From assembly GCF_006345805.1 (NCBI RefSeq), contig NC_043000.1:91264001-91328000 (forward strand): a stretch of DNA of 64,000 bases. Reading direction: 5' to 3'. The stretch's first letter is position 1. Every line of letters begins with the position of its first letter. Below the pieces are notes generated by a model. The model made no database searches. It saw only the letters and a program-made list of their open reading frames with translations, and was not told the origin of the DNA. This DNA is from Octopus sinensis (taxonomy: Eukaryota). The translations under genes and the position numbers were made by a program. Shown one piece after another: positions 1-10,409 of the stretch.

Positions 1-118
1 AACTGGTACTTAATTTATCGACACCGAAAGGATGAAAGGCAAAGTCGACCTCGGCGGAATTTGAACTCAGAATGTAACGGCAGACGAAATGCCGATAAGC
101 ATTTCTGCCAGCTCGCCC
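1..118 (-). mobile_element. tRNA-derived SINE family 2 (central TTTCATCCTTTCGGGGTCGATAAA-type domain), partial
   Basis: Reverse complement has a B-box-like GAGTTCAAATTCC and the central domain; near-identical to copies at 24775-24995, 33060-33270 and 57425-57652. Confidence 0.8.
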
Positions 119-1158
119 CTTTATATACACAAATAATATTAAAAGATTATTTGTAAAATCAGTGTTTTACACTGTGGAATATTCAAATGTACGAAGTAGG
201 GAATTAGCATGACAATAAATACGCAAAAAATTCTTTAGCACTTCAAACATAGTCGTCAAGATTTGACTGGTTGGCAAAGAACCAGAATGAGAATTAAATA
301 GTGGCAAGAAGTCATATTTTTATGATAATATAAAAATACGACTTTTTTGTAGAACACACCAAAAAAAAATACTGGCGATTTTTTGATAAAGTTTCTATTT
401 GATAAACACTGAATGCTTTTCGTTCAATATGTACCAATTTTTATGATATGTGAAATCCAATATGTAAGAGAGGAAATATTTTAGCCAGTTGGTATCTGGA
501 ATATCTTCAAATATCAATAAATTTTCTGTGAGATTTCGCCAATTCCAATCTTTTATTCAAAATTGTGGGAAATGTTTTACGCTTCTGAGAGAAAAAAGAT
601 ACACAACCTTGAGCCAGTAATGTAGGGATGTCGTATTTTGTAAGAGATCGGTTGATTTCGTAATTTTTAATATATCGGCCAGATATATTTGCATTGTAAA
701 GTGTTGAGGTGTTACCTTGTATGTCCGAACATATGCGTATTAAATTTTGTATTTTTTAATTTTTAAACTAGTGCGCTCGTTTTTAGGATAGAATTTGGTC
801 ATGTGCTGCAGAAAGTGTCACAGGTAGCTAGATAAAAAAATTGATAGATAGATATAAATTAAATCACTTCCTGAAAAAGAAAGCTTAAAAATTGATAGCA
901 ATTTTATTTCACTCACTGAGTCTGCTACGGAATCTTTGTTACTTTATGATAAGTCTTAATTCTTTTGTGGTTGAATATAAAAACAAAAGATGAGAATTGA
1001 TTTAACCATAAAATGGCAAGGTGGGTTTGAATTGTTTACCTTACATTTCAGAAAGGAATTCTTTATGGTCTTTCACGTAATGCACTCTTCATTTCTTTAT
1101 GTTCTGGGGAAGAACTCCAATATATTCAAAGAGTAAGATTTAAAGATATGAAACTAAT

Positions 1159-1197
1159 AGGCGCGGGAGTGGCTATGTGGTAAGTAGCTCGCTAACC
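1159..1197 (+). mobile_element. 5' head of SINE family 1, cut off by a 6.4-kb insertion; the rest resumes at 7614
   Basis: AGGCGCGGGAGTGGCTATGTGGTAAGTAGCTCGCTAACC matches the intact heads at 12249 and 36401; A-box TGGCTATGTGG. Confidence 0.9.
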
Positions 1198-2886
1198 TCT
1201 GAACTGTTCGGACGTGTTTCTTTGCGCTCTGTGAAATTCGGTTAAAAAAGAAAAAAGAACAAAAAGTGAATGGTTGTTGTTGTGAAATTTTGAACGTCGT
1301 GGATGCGGTTTCGCGTTTCACTGGTTCTGCGCGTTGCACTTTTTCGGTTCGGGAGGCCGTTTTTCGGTCTGAGGCGACTATGAGCCGCCTCTACCAAACG
1401 GATGAGATGGAAGGGAGAAATTTCTCTGAAATTTCGTCGGAAGTATCGACATCTGAGGAGCAGTTGGCGGTGAAAAACATGGAAAGCACCTACGCAGGTG
1501 TAACGAAGAAGTCAACAGAAAAAGAGATAGACCTGGCTAAGTTGACGGGCTTCCAGGAGTTCATGAAGGAGGAGGAGAACGGAGAGGTAGAGCTGTTGCC
1601 TCCAGCAGGGCGCGGAGACTGGTTCCTTCGTAGAACCATTAAATATAAAGTATTTATGAATGGAGGTAGAAAAATGGAAGTGATTAACATGGAAGCAATT
1701 GAAGAGGCTCTCAAACAGACAGGAGAAGAAATTGTGTACATGACAAAAGGATTAGAATATGGAACCATAACGGTACAATTTAAAAGTGAGAAAGCAGCCA
1801 GGAATGTAGCAGCCAAGGTGGTGAGTACAGAAAAGATTTACTTGTTCCCCTCGTATTTGAATAGAAGGACCACCAGAATTAGGGTGGTGGGAATACCTCC
1901 ACACCTAGAGGTTGAATTAATAACGGCTGCGGTTATCAAAGGAAATGAAGATAAAGTGGACATCCTCCACGCCATTATGAAATATGAAGGCGTGAGAGGT
2001 GCCACACTAGAAATGAACATTCAGACGGAGGCGGAAGTAATAGAAAAGCTTACGGACAGTATTAAAACCGGGAATATTATTATGAGAGTGTGGGTGGAGG
2101 GTAGGGCGCCCAGGTGCTACAAGTGTGGCCAGAGGGGTCACATAAGAGCCTACTGCCCTCCCCCACCAAAGGAAAAAGAAAAGGAAATCGTTGCGGAAGC
2201 CCCAAAAGAGGAAGCCCCAAAAGCGGAAGAAACTAAAGAGAAACAAACAGAAAAGGAAACTACAGATGAAGAGGAGATGCAACAAGATTGGGAAGAAGGC
2301 AGAAAAAAGAGAAAAAGAAAGAAAAAGAAAAACTGTGCGAAGCCCCAACCCACCCCAACACCACCCACACCCTTGGAGACCCATCCTGCCCCTACAAACA
2401 GCGATTCCACCCACTCCCCGCCTACAAGAAAAACAAAAACAGACACACAGAACAAACAAGAGCCCCAGACCTACTTTTTGTGTGTTGTGAGGAAGGGGGA
2501 CACCGAGGACGCAAAAAGGATTTTTCCTAATGACGTATGGCAGGAGTATGAAGACGGCAGTTATGCGGTGTGTGATTTGGAATTTATGGACTCATTGACG
2601 AACAAGAGTAACGAATTGTGTATAAATTGGGTGAAAGCGAGTATGAGGGATGAGATGATAGAGATGTATGAAGGAGAAGTGAAGGCTGTGGTACACGGGT
2701 TTGGAATTGTGATGGGAAACGGACAGGTAAGTGATGCTGGCGGAGGGGGCCGTTAGCATCGCTTTCATATTATCATTTTTTCATTTTAATAATTCATTTG
2801 ATCATAATTTTAATCATATTGTTTTATATCCCCCATGTCTTGTAATGTCCCCCTCTTCGTCGCCCCTAGTGGGTAATAAAGAAATA
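1198..2886 (+). mobile_element. ORF1-only non-autonomous L1/Tx1-type retroelement, copy A
   Basis: Starts TCTGAACTGTTCGGACGTG; one long ORF; short 3' UTR ending in stem-loop GCCC-CTAGT-GGGT plus AATAAA (2875-2880); no EN/RT ORF. Confidence 0.8.
1380..2756 (+). CDS. LINE ORF1/gag-like nucleic-acid-binding protein, 458 aa from the first ATG (RRM-like regions, CCHC zinc knuckle, basic NLS, Pro-rich linker, C-terminal domain)
   Basis: Intact ORF; EGRAPRCYKCGQRGHIRAYCP is CX2CX4HX4C (2115-2156); TTRIRVVGIPP resembles the Tx1/L1 ORF1 RRM start; KKRKRKKKK. The track start at 1266 is a GTG. Confidence 0.85.
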   Translation: MSRLYQTDEMEGRNFSEISSEVSTSEEQLAVKNMESTYAGVTKKSTEKEIDLAKLTGFQEFMKEEENGEVELLPPAGRGDWFLRRTIKYKVFMNGGRKMEVINMEAIEEALKQTGEEIVYMTKGLEYGTITVQFKSEKAARNVAAKVVSTEKIYLFPSYLNRRTTRIRVVGIPPHLEVELITAAVIKGNEDKVDILHAIMKYEGVRGATLEMNIQTEAEVIEKLTDSIKTGNIIMRVWVEGRAPRCYKCGQRGHIRAYCPPPPKEKEKEIVAEAPKEEAPKAEETKEKQTEKETTDEEEMQQDWEEGRKKRKRKKKKNCAKPQPTPTPPTPLETHPAPTNSDSTHSPPTRKTKTDTQNKQEPQTYFLCVVRKGDTEDAKRIFPNDVWQEYEDGSYAVCDLEFMDSLTNKSNELCINWVKASMRDEMIEMYEGEVKAVVHGFGIVMGNGQVSDAGGGGR

Positions 2887-2934
2887 TAACCTCTGAAGTG
2901 TTCGGACGTGTTTTTTTGCTGCTCCAGATGAACG

Positions 2935-3530
2935 TTGTTTCAACGTGAATTGTTGAACTTTCGACTCGACTAAAGGTAGGAATTTTGTATTTTTGTGAGC
3001 GAAGTGAAGTTTTATTGCTTGCATTAATGTTTTTTAGCATTAAATATTTTTTAGCAGATAATAAGGCTCCACTTTGCTCCAGATATGATTTTTCTGCCTG
3101 TGTCGAGTGGAAAGAAAATTGTGTTGATGTCGCGTTGTTTCAACGTGAAATATTGAACGTTCGAATCGACTAAAGGTAGGAATTTTGTATTTTTGCGAGC
3201 GAAGTGAAGTTTTATTACTTGCATGAATGTTTTTTTAGCATTTAATATTTTTTAGCAGATAATAGGGCTCCACTTTGCTCCAGATATAGTTTTTCTGCCT
3301 GTGTCGTGTGAAAAGAAAATTGTATTGATGTCGCGTTGTTTCAACTTGAATTGTTGAACGTTCGAATCGACTACGGGTAGGCGTTTTATGTTTTTGCGAG
3401 TTTAGTGAAGTTTTATTACTTGCATGAATGTTTTTTAGCATTTAATATTTTTTAGCAAATAATAAGGCTCCACTTTGCTCCAGATATAATTTTTCTGCCT
3501 GTGTCGAGTGAAAAGAACTTGTATTTTTGA
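2935..3530 (+). repeat. Three tandem ~200-bp 5' UTR monomers of element B
   Basis: GTTGTTTCAAC(G/T)TGAA recurs at ~2934, ~3134 and ~3335, with near-identical sequence between. Confidence 0.9.
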
Positions 3531-3858
3531 AGCGGCATAGTCCGTCTGAAAAAATTATTGTTTAAATTGTCGTTGTGTTGTCCACGGATTACCAAGGGTT
3601 TCACCAAGGATTATTTACCAAGGTTTACCAAGTGCATTTGGCCTGGATTACCATTTTGGCCGAAGAAGTGTGGAAAAAAAAAAAACAAAAAAAAAAAACT
3701 GAATTCCTTTGCCTGATTTGAACTCTCTTTCTCTTCTATTATTTATTTGTAAAAACTTTTTTGAACTGCCATTTTTATTTCTTCCCTTCTGTTGCATTTT
3801 CATTCTCCTTTCTGTGTCTAATTTTAGTTTACCATTTTGAACTGTTGTATTTTACGTT

Positions 3859-5054
3859 ATGGCACAGGCAAAGAAATTCACTGTGTGGGAGTTAACACCT
3901 CCCAAAAAATATTTGCACGAACTCGAGGAAAGAACCGTGGTGCTGAGGACGTTATCAAAGTCACTCGACGCCATAATGGTTTTTCCGAGAGACACCATTG
4001 TGAACGAGCTGGCAGACTATATGCCAGCCGTTAAACATATTCAACAGGGAGTCAAATACGCAACGGTATGGTTGCTATTTGACTCCGCTGAAGCAGCTTG
4101 CAAATTTGCAAGCCAGCCCATTGAGGGCGATGAGATTCTGTTTCTCCCCAGTTACAAGGGGGAAAAATTGTTACGTTTATGGGTCTGTGGCCTGCCGCCC
4201 GGCTTTGAGCCCGAGTGGGTGGAAGATTCCATCCGCCGGGGTCTGAGCGGTGGTAGCGCCAAGATCCTGAATGTGAAAATGCAGCCTGCGGCTAACTGGG
4301 AAGGAGGAAAGGCTACTTTGACTCTGTGGACCCAGTCGGCCAAGAGTCTGGTTTTGCCGGACTTCCTGAAGATGGCCGGGTCCAAGTATCCGGTGATGCT
4401 TGAGGGACGCGCCCCCAAGTGTCACTTGTGTTCGGAGACCGGCCACATTAAGAAGCAATGCCCCAGGGACCAAAGTAGGATCCTGGAGAAGTTGATATCG
4501 GAGCCTCTCCCTGCCCCACCAATAGAGGGAGAGAAACAGAACGAGGAAGCGGAGACTTCCTCAACGAGAAAACGAAAAGTGGGGAACAATGGTGACCCAC
4601 TAAAAGACCAGGAAGCTACGGGAGACAGAGTGGATCCGGCGTGTGCAACACCGGAACCTCAACCTCCTGTGACCCAAGGTAAAAAGAAAAAAAGAAAGAG
4701 AAACGGAACGCCGCCAGCGGATTGTAACACGCAGACGGCGTCTCCAATGTCTCCTCCGCCGTTTGTGGTTGTGTGGCCGGAGAAATATTATGTGGTCCTC
4801 TTCTACAAGGGAGGAACAATAGAAGATGAAATGGGTAAAATGAGGAGAGAAACCAATGGGAGGGACTTCGGTCCTGCATGGAGTGTCCCGAGTGGCCTTC
4901 GCAGCTGGCTGCGGAGGTCCTACTCCATGACGATCGGTGCAGGTTCGAGAAGTCTTTCCCGGAGGACTCCTACCAAATTATACCTGTATGCGGGGGCCTG
5001 ACGACGAACGATTGCGTCAATAAAGCAAGAGCGTTCATCGGTCGGGTAACGTGA
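3859..5054 (+). CDS. ORF1/gag-like CCHC protein of element B, with a 1-nt frameshift near 4845 (track ORF 3859-5001 has a spurious tail)
   Basis: EGRAPKCHLCSETGHIKKQCP knuckle at 4420-4461; alignment to copy C restores WEGLRSCME...AFIGRVT to the TGA at 5052-5054. Confidence 0.8.
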
Positions 5055-5342
5055 ACCCTTATTTGTGTTATATTGTGATGGAGGTTTATTGCCTCTGGAA
5101 AAACTTTTGAAATTGTGATTTGTAAAATTTGGAATTTTTGTGAAATTATTGTATTTTTGTGAAATTTTGAAAATTTTGTAAAATTATTGAAAAAAGAACA
5201 TTGTTTTAGAGAAGCGGGGGTCGGCGGGCTCTTTCGTCTTCTCCCATCACCATCTTCATTCCATCACCATCATTCATTAATGTCTATGTCCAGCCCGTAG
5301 CTACTATCTGTGTACTGCCCTTGTGGCAAATTAAATGAAATA

Positions 5343-5358
5343 AAGTAGCTTGCTAACC
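5343..5358 (+). repeat. Target-site repeat AAGTAGCTTGCTAACC
   Basis: Same 16-mer at 7614-7629 and, with one mismatch, at 1182-1197. Confidence 0.9.
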
Positions 5359-7613
5359 TCTGAACTGTTCGGACGTGTTTTTTTGCTGCTCCAGATGAAC
5401 GTTGTTTCAACGTGAATTGTTGAACTTTCGAATCGACTAAAGGTAGGAATTTTGTATTTTTGCGAGCGAAGTGAAGTTTTATTACTTGCATTAATGTTTT
5501 TTAGCATTAAATATTTTTTAGCAAGTAATAAGGCTCCACTTTGCTCCAGATATAGTTTTTCAGCCTGTGTCGAGTGGAAAGAAAATTGTATTGATGTCGC
5601 GTTGTTTCAACGTGAATTGTTGAACGTTCGAATCGACTACGGGTAGGCGTGTTATGTTTTTGCGAGTTTAGTGAAGTTTTATTACTTGCATGAATGTTTT
5701 TTAGCATTTAATATTTTTTAGCAGATAATAAGGCTCCACTTTGCTCCGGATATAATTTTTCTGCCTGTTGTCGGGTGTGAAGAAAATTGTGTTTTTGAGG
5801 CGGCGTATTCCGTCTACAAAAATTATTTTTGAAATTGTCGTTGTGTTATCCACGGATTTACCAAGGATTATTTACCAAGGTGTTGTACCAAACATATACT
5901 TGGCCTGGAATACAATTTTTGGCTGAAAAAGTGAACAAAAAAAAAAAAGAAAAATTAATTCCTTTGCCTGATTTGAACTCTCTTTCTCCGTCTATCATTC
6001 ATTTGTAAAAAAAAAAGAACTTTTTTTGAACTGCCATTTTAACTTTTTCTTCCCTTCTGTTGCCATTTTCATTCTCCTTTCTGTGTCTAATTTATTTTGT
6101 AACATTTTGAACTGCTTTTTTTACGTTATGGCAAGGAATTTCACAGTGTGGGAATTAACACCTCCCAAAAAATATTTGAACGAACTTGAGGAAAAGACAG
6201 TGGTGCTGAGGACATATTCGAAGTCACTCGACACCATAATGGTCTTTCCGAAAGACACAATTATGAACGAGCTGGCAGACTATATGCCAGCCGTTAAACA
6301 TATTCAACGGGGAGCCAAATACGCAACGATTTGGTTGCTGTTTGACTCCCCTAAAGCAGCTTGCGATTTCGCGAGTAAGCCCATTGAGGGCGAAGATATT
6401 CTGTTTCTCCCAAGCTATAAGGGGGAAAAATTGATACGCGTATGGGTCTGCGGCCTGCCGCCCGGCTTTGAGCCTGAGTGGGTGGAAGATTCCATCCGCC
6501 GGGGTCTGAGTGGTGGTAGCGCCAAGATCCTAAACGTGAGAATGCAGCCTGCGGCTAACTGGAAAAGGGCAAAGGCTACTTTGACACTGTGGACCCAGTC
6601 GGCCAAGAGTCTGGTTTTGCCGGACTTCCTGAAGATGGCCGGGTCCAAGTATCCGGTGATGCTTGAGGGACGCGCTCCAAAGTGTCACCTGTGTTCGGAG
6701 ACCGGCCACATTAAGAAAAACTGCCCCAGGAACCAGAGTAGGATCCTGGAGAAGTTAATATCAGAGCCTCTCCCTGCCCCACCAATCGAGGGAGAGAAAC
6801 AAAGTGAGGAGGGGGAAAAAATCCTCCTCCAAAAGAAAAAGAAGTGTGGGGAGCAATGGCGACCCACAAAAGGAACCGGAGGCTGCGGAAGAAAAAGAGG
6901 ACCCGGTGCGTATAGCACCGGAACCTCAACCTCCCGAGGTCCAGCGTAAAAAGAAAAAGAGGAACGGAACGCCACCAGCGGACTGTAACACCCAGAGGGC
7001 GTCTCCCATGTGTCCTCCGGCGATTGTGATGCCGGAGAAATTTTACGTAGTCCTCTTCCATAAAGGAGGCACTATAGAAAATGAAATACGTAAGAGGAGG
7101 AAGAGAAACGAATGGGAGGGACTTCGGTCCTGCATGGAGTATCCCGAGTGGCCTTCGCAGCTGGCTGCGGAGGTCCTACTCGAAAATGATATGTGCAGGA
7201 TCGAGAATTCTTTCCCGGAGGATCTCTTGCAAGTCATACCTGTATGCGGAAGCCTGACGATGGACGATTGCGTCATTAAAGCAAGAGAGTTCATCGGTCA
7301 GGTAACGTAAAATTGTAATTGTGTTACATTGTGACAGAGGTTTATTGCCTCTGAAGAGACTTTTAAAAGTGTAAATTGCTAATTGAAATTTTTGTGAAAA
7401 TTTTTTGGAATTTTTTGAAATTTTTGTAATTCTTGAAATTTTGTAAAATATTGAAAAAAAAAAAAAAACATTGTTTTAGAGAAGCAAAAGTCGGCGGGCG
7501 CTTTCTGACTTCTCCCATCACCATATTCATCAATCACCACCATCATCCATTAATGTCCTTGTCCAGCCCGTAGCTACTCTTTGTGCTGCCCTTGTGGCAA
7601 ATTAAATGAAGTA
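5359..7613 (+). mobile_element. ORF1-only non-autonomous L1/Tx1-type retroelement, copy C (same family as B)
   Basis: Colinear with B end to end; two 200-bp monomers (~5401, ~5601); flanked by the 16-bp target repeat on both sides. Confidence 0.85.
6128..7310 (+). CDS. ORF1/gag-like CCHC protein of element C, with a +1 frameshift in the A run at ~6816-6821 (joins track ORFs 6026-6949 and 6804-7310)
   Basis: MARNFTVWELTPPKKY... aligns to B; CHLCSETGHIKKNC knuckle; removing one A gives EEGEKSSSKRKRSVG, colinear with B. Confidence 0.8.
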
Positions 7614-7776
7614 AAGTAGCTTGCTAACCAAACACATGGTTCCGGGTTCAGTCCCACTGCGTGGCATCTTGGGCAAGTGTCTTCTGCTATAGCCTCGGGC
7701 CGACTAATGCCTTGTGAGTGGATTTGGTAGACGGAAACTGAAAGAAGCCTGTCGTGTATATATATATGTATGTATG

Positions 7777-7825
<49 letters not shown>

Positions 7826-8022
7826 CTGTGTTAGTCCCCCTAGCATTGCTTGACAACCGATGCTGATGTGTTTACGTCCCCGTCACTTAGCGGTTCGGCA
7901 AAAAGCGACCGATAGAATAAGTACTGGGCTTACAAAGAATAAGTCCCGGGGTTGATTTGCTCGACTAAAGGCGGTGCTCCAGCATGGCCGCAGTTAAATG
8001 ACTGAAACAAGTAAAAGAGAGT
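7614..8022 (+). mobile_element. Remainder of the interrupted SINE family 1 copy (B-box, internal (TA)n, 3' tail)
   Basis: Continues AAACACATGGTTCCGGGTTCAGTCCC exactly where the head at 1197 stops; ends GAAACAAGTAAAAGAGAGT. Confidence 0.9.
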
Positions 8023-8117
8023 AATCATTAATTTCCATGATGTAACTATCGATTTACGTGTCGCTAAATGCTGCCTTATTATGAACATAAGAAATTTGAA
8101 TATATTAATAGACTAAT

Positions 8118-8280
8118 AGGTGCAGGCGTGGGTGTGTGGCGAGAAGCTTGCTTCCCAGTCATATGGTTCTGGGTTCTGTCCCACTGCGTAAAACCTTGGG
8201 CAAGTGTCTTCTACTATAGCCTCGGGTCTACCAAATCCTTGTAAGTGGGTGTGGTCGACGGAAACTGAAAGAAGCCCGTC

Positions 8281-8314
<34 letters not shown>

Positions 8315-8527
8315 GTGTGTGTGTTTGTCTTCCACCACCACTTAACCACCGGTGTTAGTGTGTTTACGTCTCTATAACTTGGCGGTTCGGCTAAAGAAAC
8401 TGATAGAATAAATACCAGGCTTCAAAAAATAAGCCCTAGGGTCGATTTGTTCGACTAAAACTCTTCAAGGTAATGCCCCAGCTTGACCGCACTCAAATGA
8501 TTGAAACAAGAAAGAGATGATAAAAGA
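8118..8527 (+). mobile_element. SINE family 1 copy
   Basis: Same head, internal (TA)n and tail as 12249-12717. Confidence 0.85.
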
Positions 8528-8544
8528 AGGTATCAATCCCTTGG

Positions 8545-9600
8545 ATGGTGAGCTGGCAGAATCGTTAGCACACCAGGCAAAATGTTTAGTAGCATTCTGT
8601 CTGTTTTTATGTTCTGAGTTCAAATTCCACCGAGATCAATTTTGTCGCTCATCCTTTCGGGATTGATAAAATAAAATAAATACCAGTCAAGCATTGAGTT
8701 CAATGTGATCGACTTAGAAATTTGTAGCCTTGTGCCAAAATTTGAAACCAGTGTTATAAGCGGTGAGTTGGCAAAATCGTAATCATGCCGGGTAAAATAC
8801 TTGCGACATTTCGTTTGACTTCATGTTCTGAGTTCAAATTCCACCGAGGTTGACTTCGCCTTTCATCCTTTTGGCGTCGATAAAATGAATACCAGTTGAG
8901 CACTGGAGTTGATATAATCGACTTAGCCCCTCTCCTAATATCGCTGGCCTTCTACCAAAATTTGAAACTAATATTGATATCATTCAATACTTTCTCAAAC
9001 ATCTGAGACTAGCGACGCGAAGAGAATGAGTTATCTTCAGACCAGAGTTCAGTTCCAACTGTTTGTAAGAGAGTGAATTCTGCTGAAGGCACCCAAAAGT
9101 GTTGTTAAAGCTAGCGTTGGCTTAAATTAACTACATCCCAATATAATGTGCATATTAGATGAATAAATTATCTGAGAGTAATTGTTTGCATGTTAGATGA
9201 ATAAATTACCTGAAAGTGGTTGTTTGCAGTTAATATATTACATTGTCTTAAAACGGCGAACTGGCAGAATCTTTCGCACGCCGGGCAAAATTCTTCGTCC
9301 ATTTTTACGTTATGAGTTCGAATTCCACCGAAGTTGTGTTTGCCTTTCATCCTTTCTGGGTCGATATAATAATTACCAGTTGAGCCTGGGGTCAATGTAA
9401 TCGGGCCAATGTAATTAACTTATCCTCTCCCCCGAAATTGCTGGCCTTGAGTCAAAATTTAAAATCAGTATATTACATTGCCTTCGTTCTGAAGTCGACT
9501 TTACCTTTCATTCCTTCGGGATCAATAATATAAGTGCAACACAAGTTTTTTGACGTACCCTGTCCCACAAAGTTTTTGGCTAGTACCAAGATTTGAAACG
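8545..9600 (+). mobile_element. Cluster of SINE family 2 copies (~8545-8750, ~8760-8970, ~9252-9470, partial ~9490-9600)
   Basis: Repeated GGTGAGCTGGCAGAATC...GAGTTCAAATTCC...TTTCATCCTTT motifs. Confidence 0.75.
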
Positions 9601-9973
9601 AATATATTACTCTGCCTTCCTTAAATCCATCATACATCTATTATAACTTCGCAATTTTATATTTCCTCTCGATAAATAAAATGTTAGTATCTGTAACAAA
9701 TTTCTACAAATTACAATAACAGAATTCTATTATATTTCAGTACTGCCTTTGAAGAACGTATTTATCGATTTTCTGATATATTTTACAGGCATTTACCAAA
9801 GCTCTCAAACCCTCAAAGAGTTATAATTTGTTTGCTGTCAATAATATCTTAAGGGTATGCACGGTGATATGTACACCGTTGCTTAATTAGCAGGTTCATC
9901 AAGGCCGCTTATGACTTGGACATTGTTATTCGAAAGCTTATTAACAAGCAAATATAAATGCTAGATACACATT

Positions 9974-10295
9974 AGGCGCAGGAGTAGTAGTGTGTTAAGA
10001 AGTTCGCTTCTAGCCCTGGGCAGACCAAAGCACTGTGAGTGGATTTGATGAGACGGAAACTGAAAGAAGCTCATCGTTCACATATATATGTTTATACATG
10101 TATCTATGTGTGTTTGTGTTTGTCCCTCACCACTACTCAACAACCGGTGTTTGTTTGTTTAAATCCTCATGAATTTGCGGTTCAGCAAAAAGAGGCCGAT
10201 AGAATAAATGCCAGGCTTTAAAAATAAATACTGGACTCCATTTGTTCAATGAAACCCTTGGAAGCGGCGTTCCAGGATGGCCACAATCAAAAGAC
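9974..10295 (+). mobile_element. SINE family 1 copy with internal deletion
   Basis: AGGCGCAGGAGT head, GGAAACTGAAAGAAGC body and tail motifs. Confidence 0.75.
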
Positions 10296-10409
10296 AAACA
10301 AACACACAGGCACATATCTACACACATACATATATACATTAGCATACATATGTGATTTGATTGCCTGGCTCGGCTCCCGGTCGCTTACGACCACATGTGT
10401 TCCAGTTCA

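Larger units (their letters stand above)
2892..5342 (+). mobile_element. ORF1-only non-autonomous L1/Tx1-type retroelement, copy B
   Basis: Starts TCTGAAGTGTTCGGACGTG after TAACC; 5' UTR has three ~200-bp monomers; single ORF1; ends TGCC-CTTGT-GGCA plus ATTAAA, then the target repeat. Confidence 0.85.

Noticed and set aside
2935-3530. CRISPR-like or satellite array
   Set aside because: Whole 200-bp units repeat with no unique spacers, and they are part of the element 5' UTR.
1266-7310. Reading the three CCHC ORFs as a host zinc-knuckle gene cluster or as LTR gag genes
   Set aside because: They are intronless, sit inside a split SINE with target-site repeats and LINE-like 3' ends, and have no LTRs, PBS or protease.
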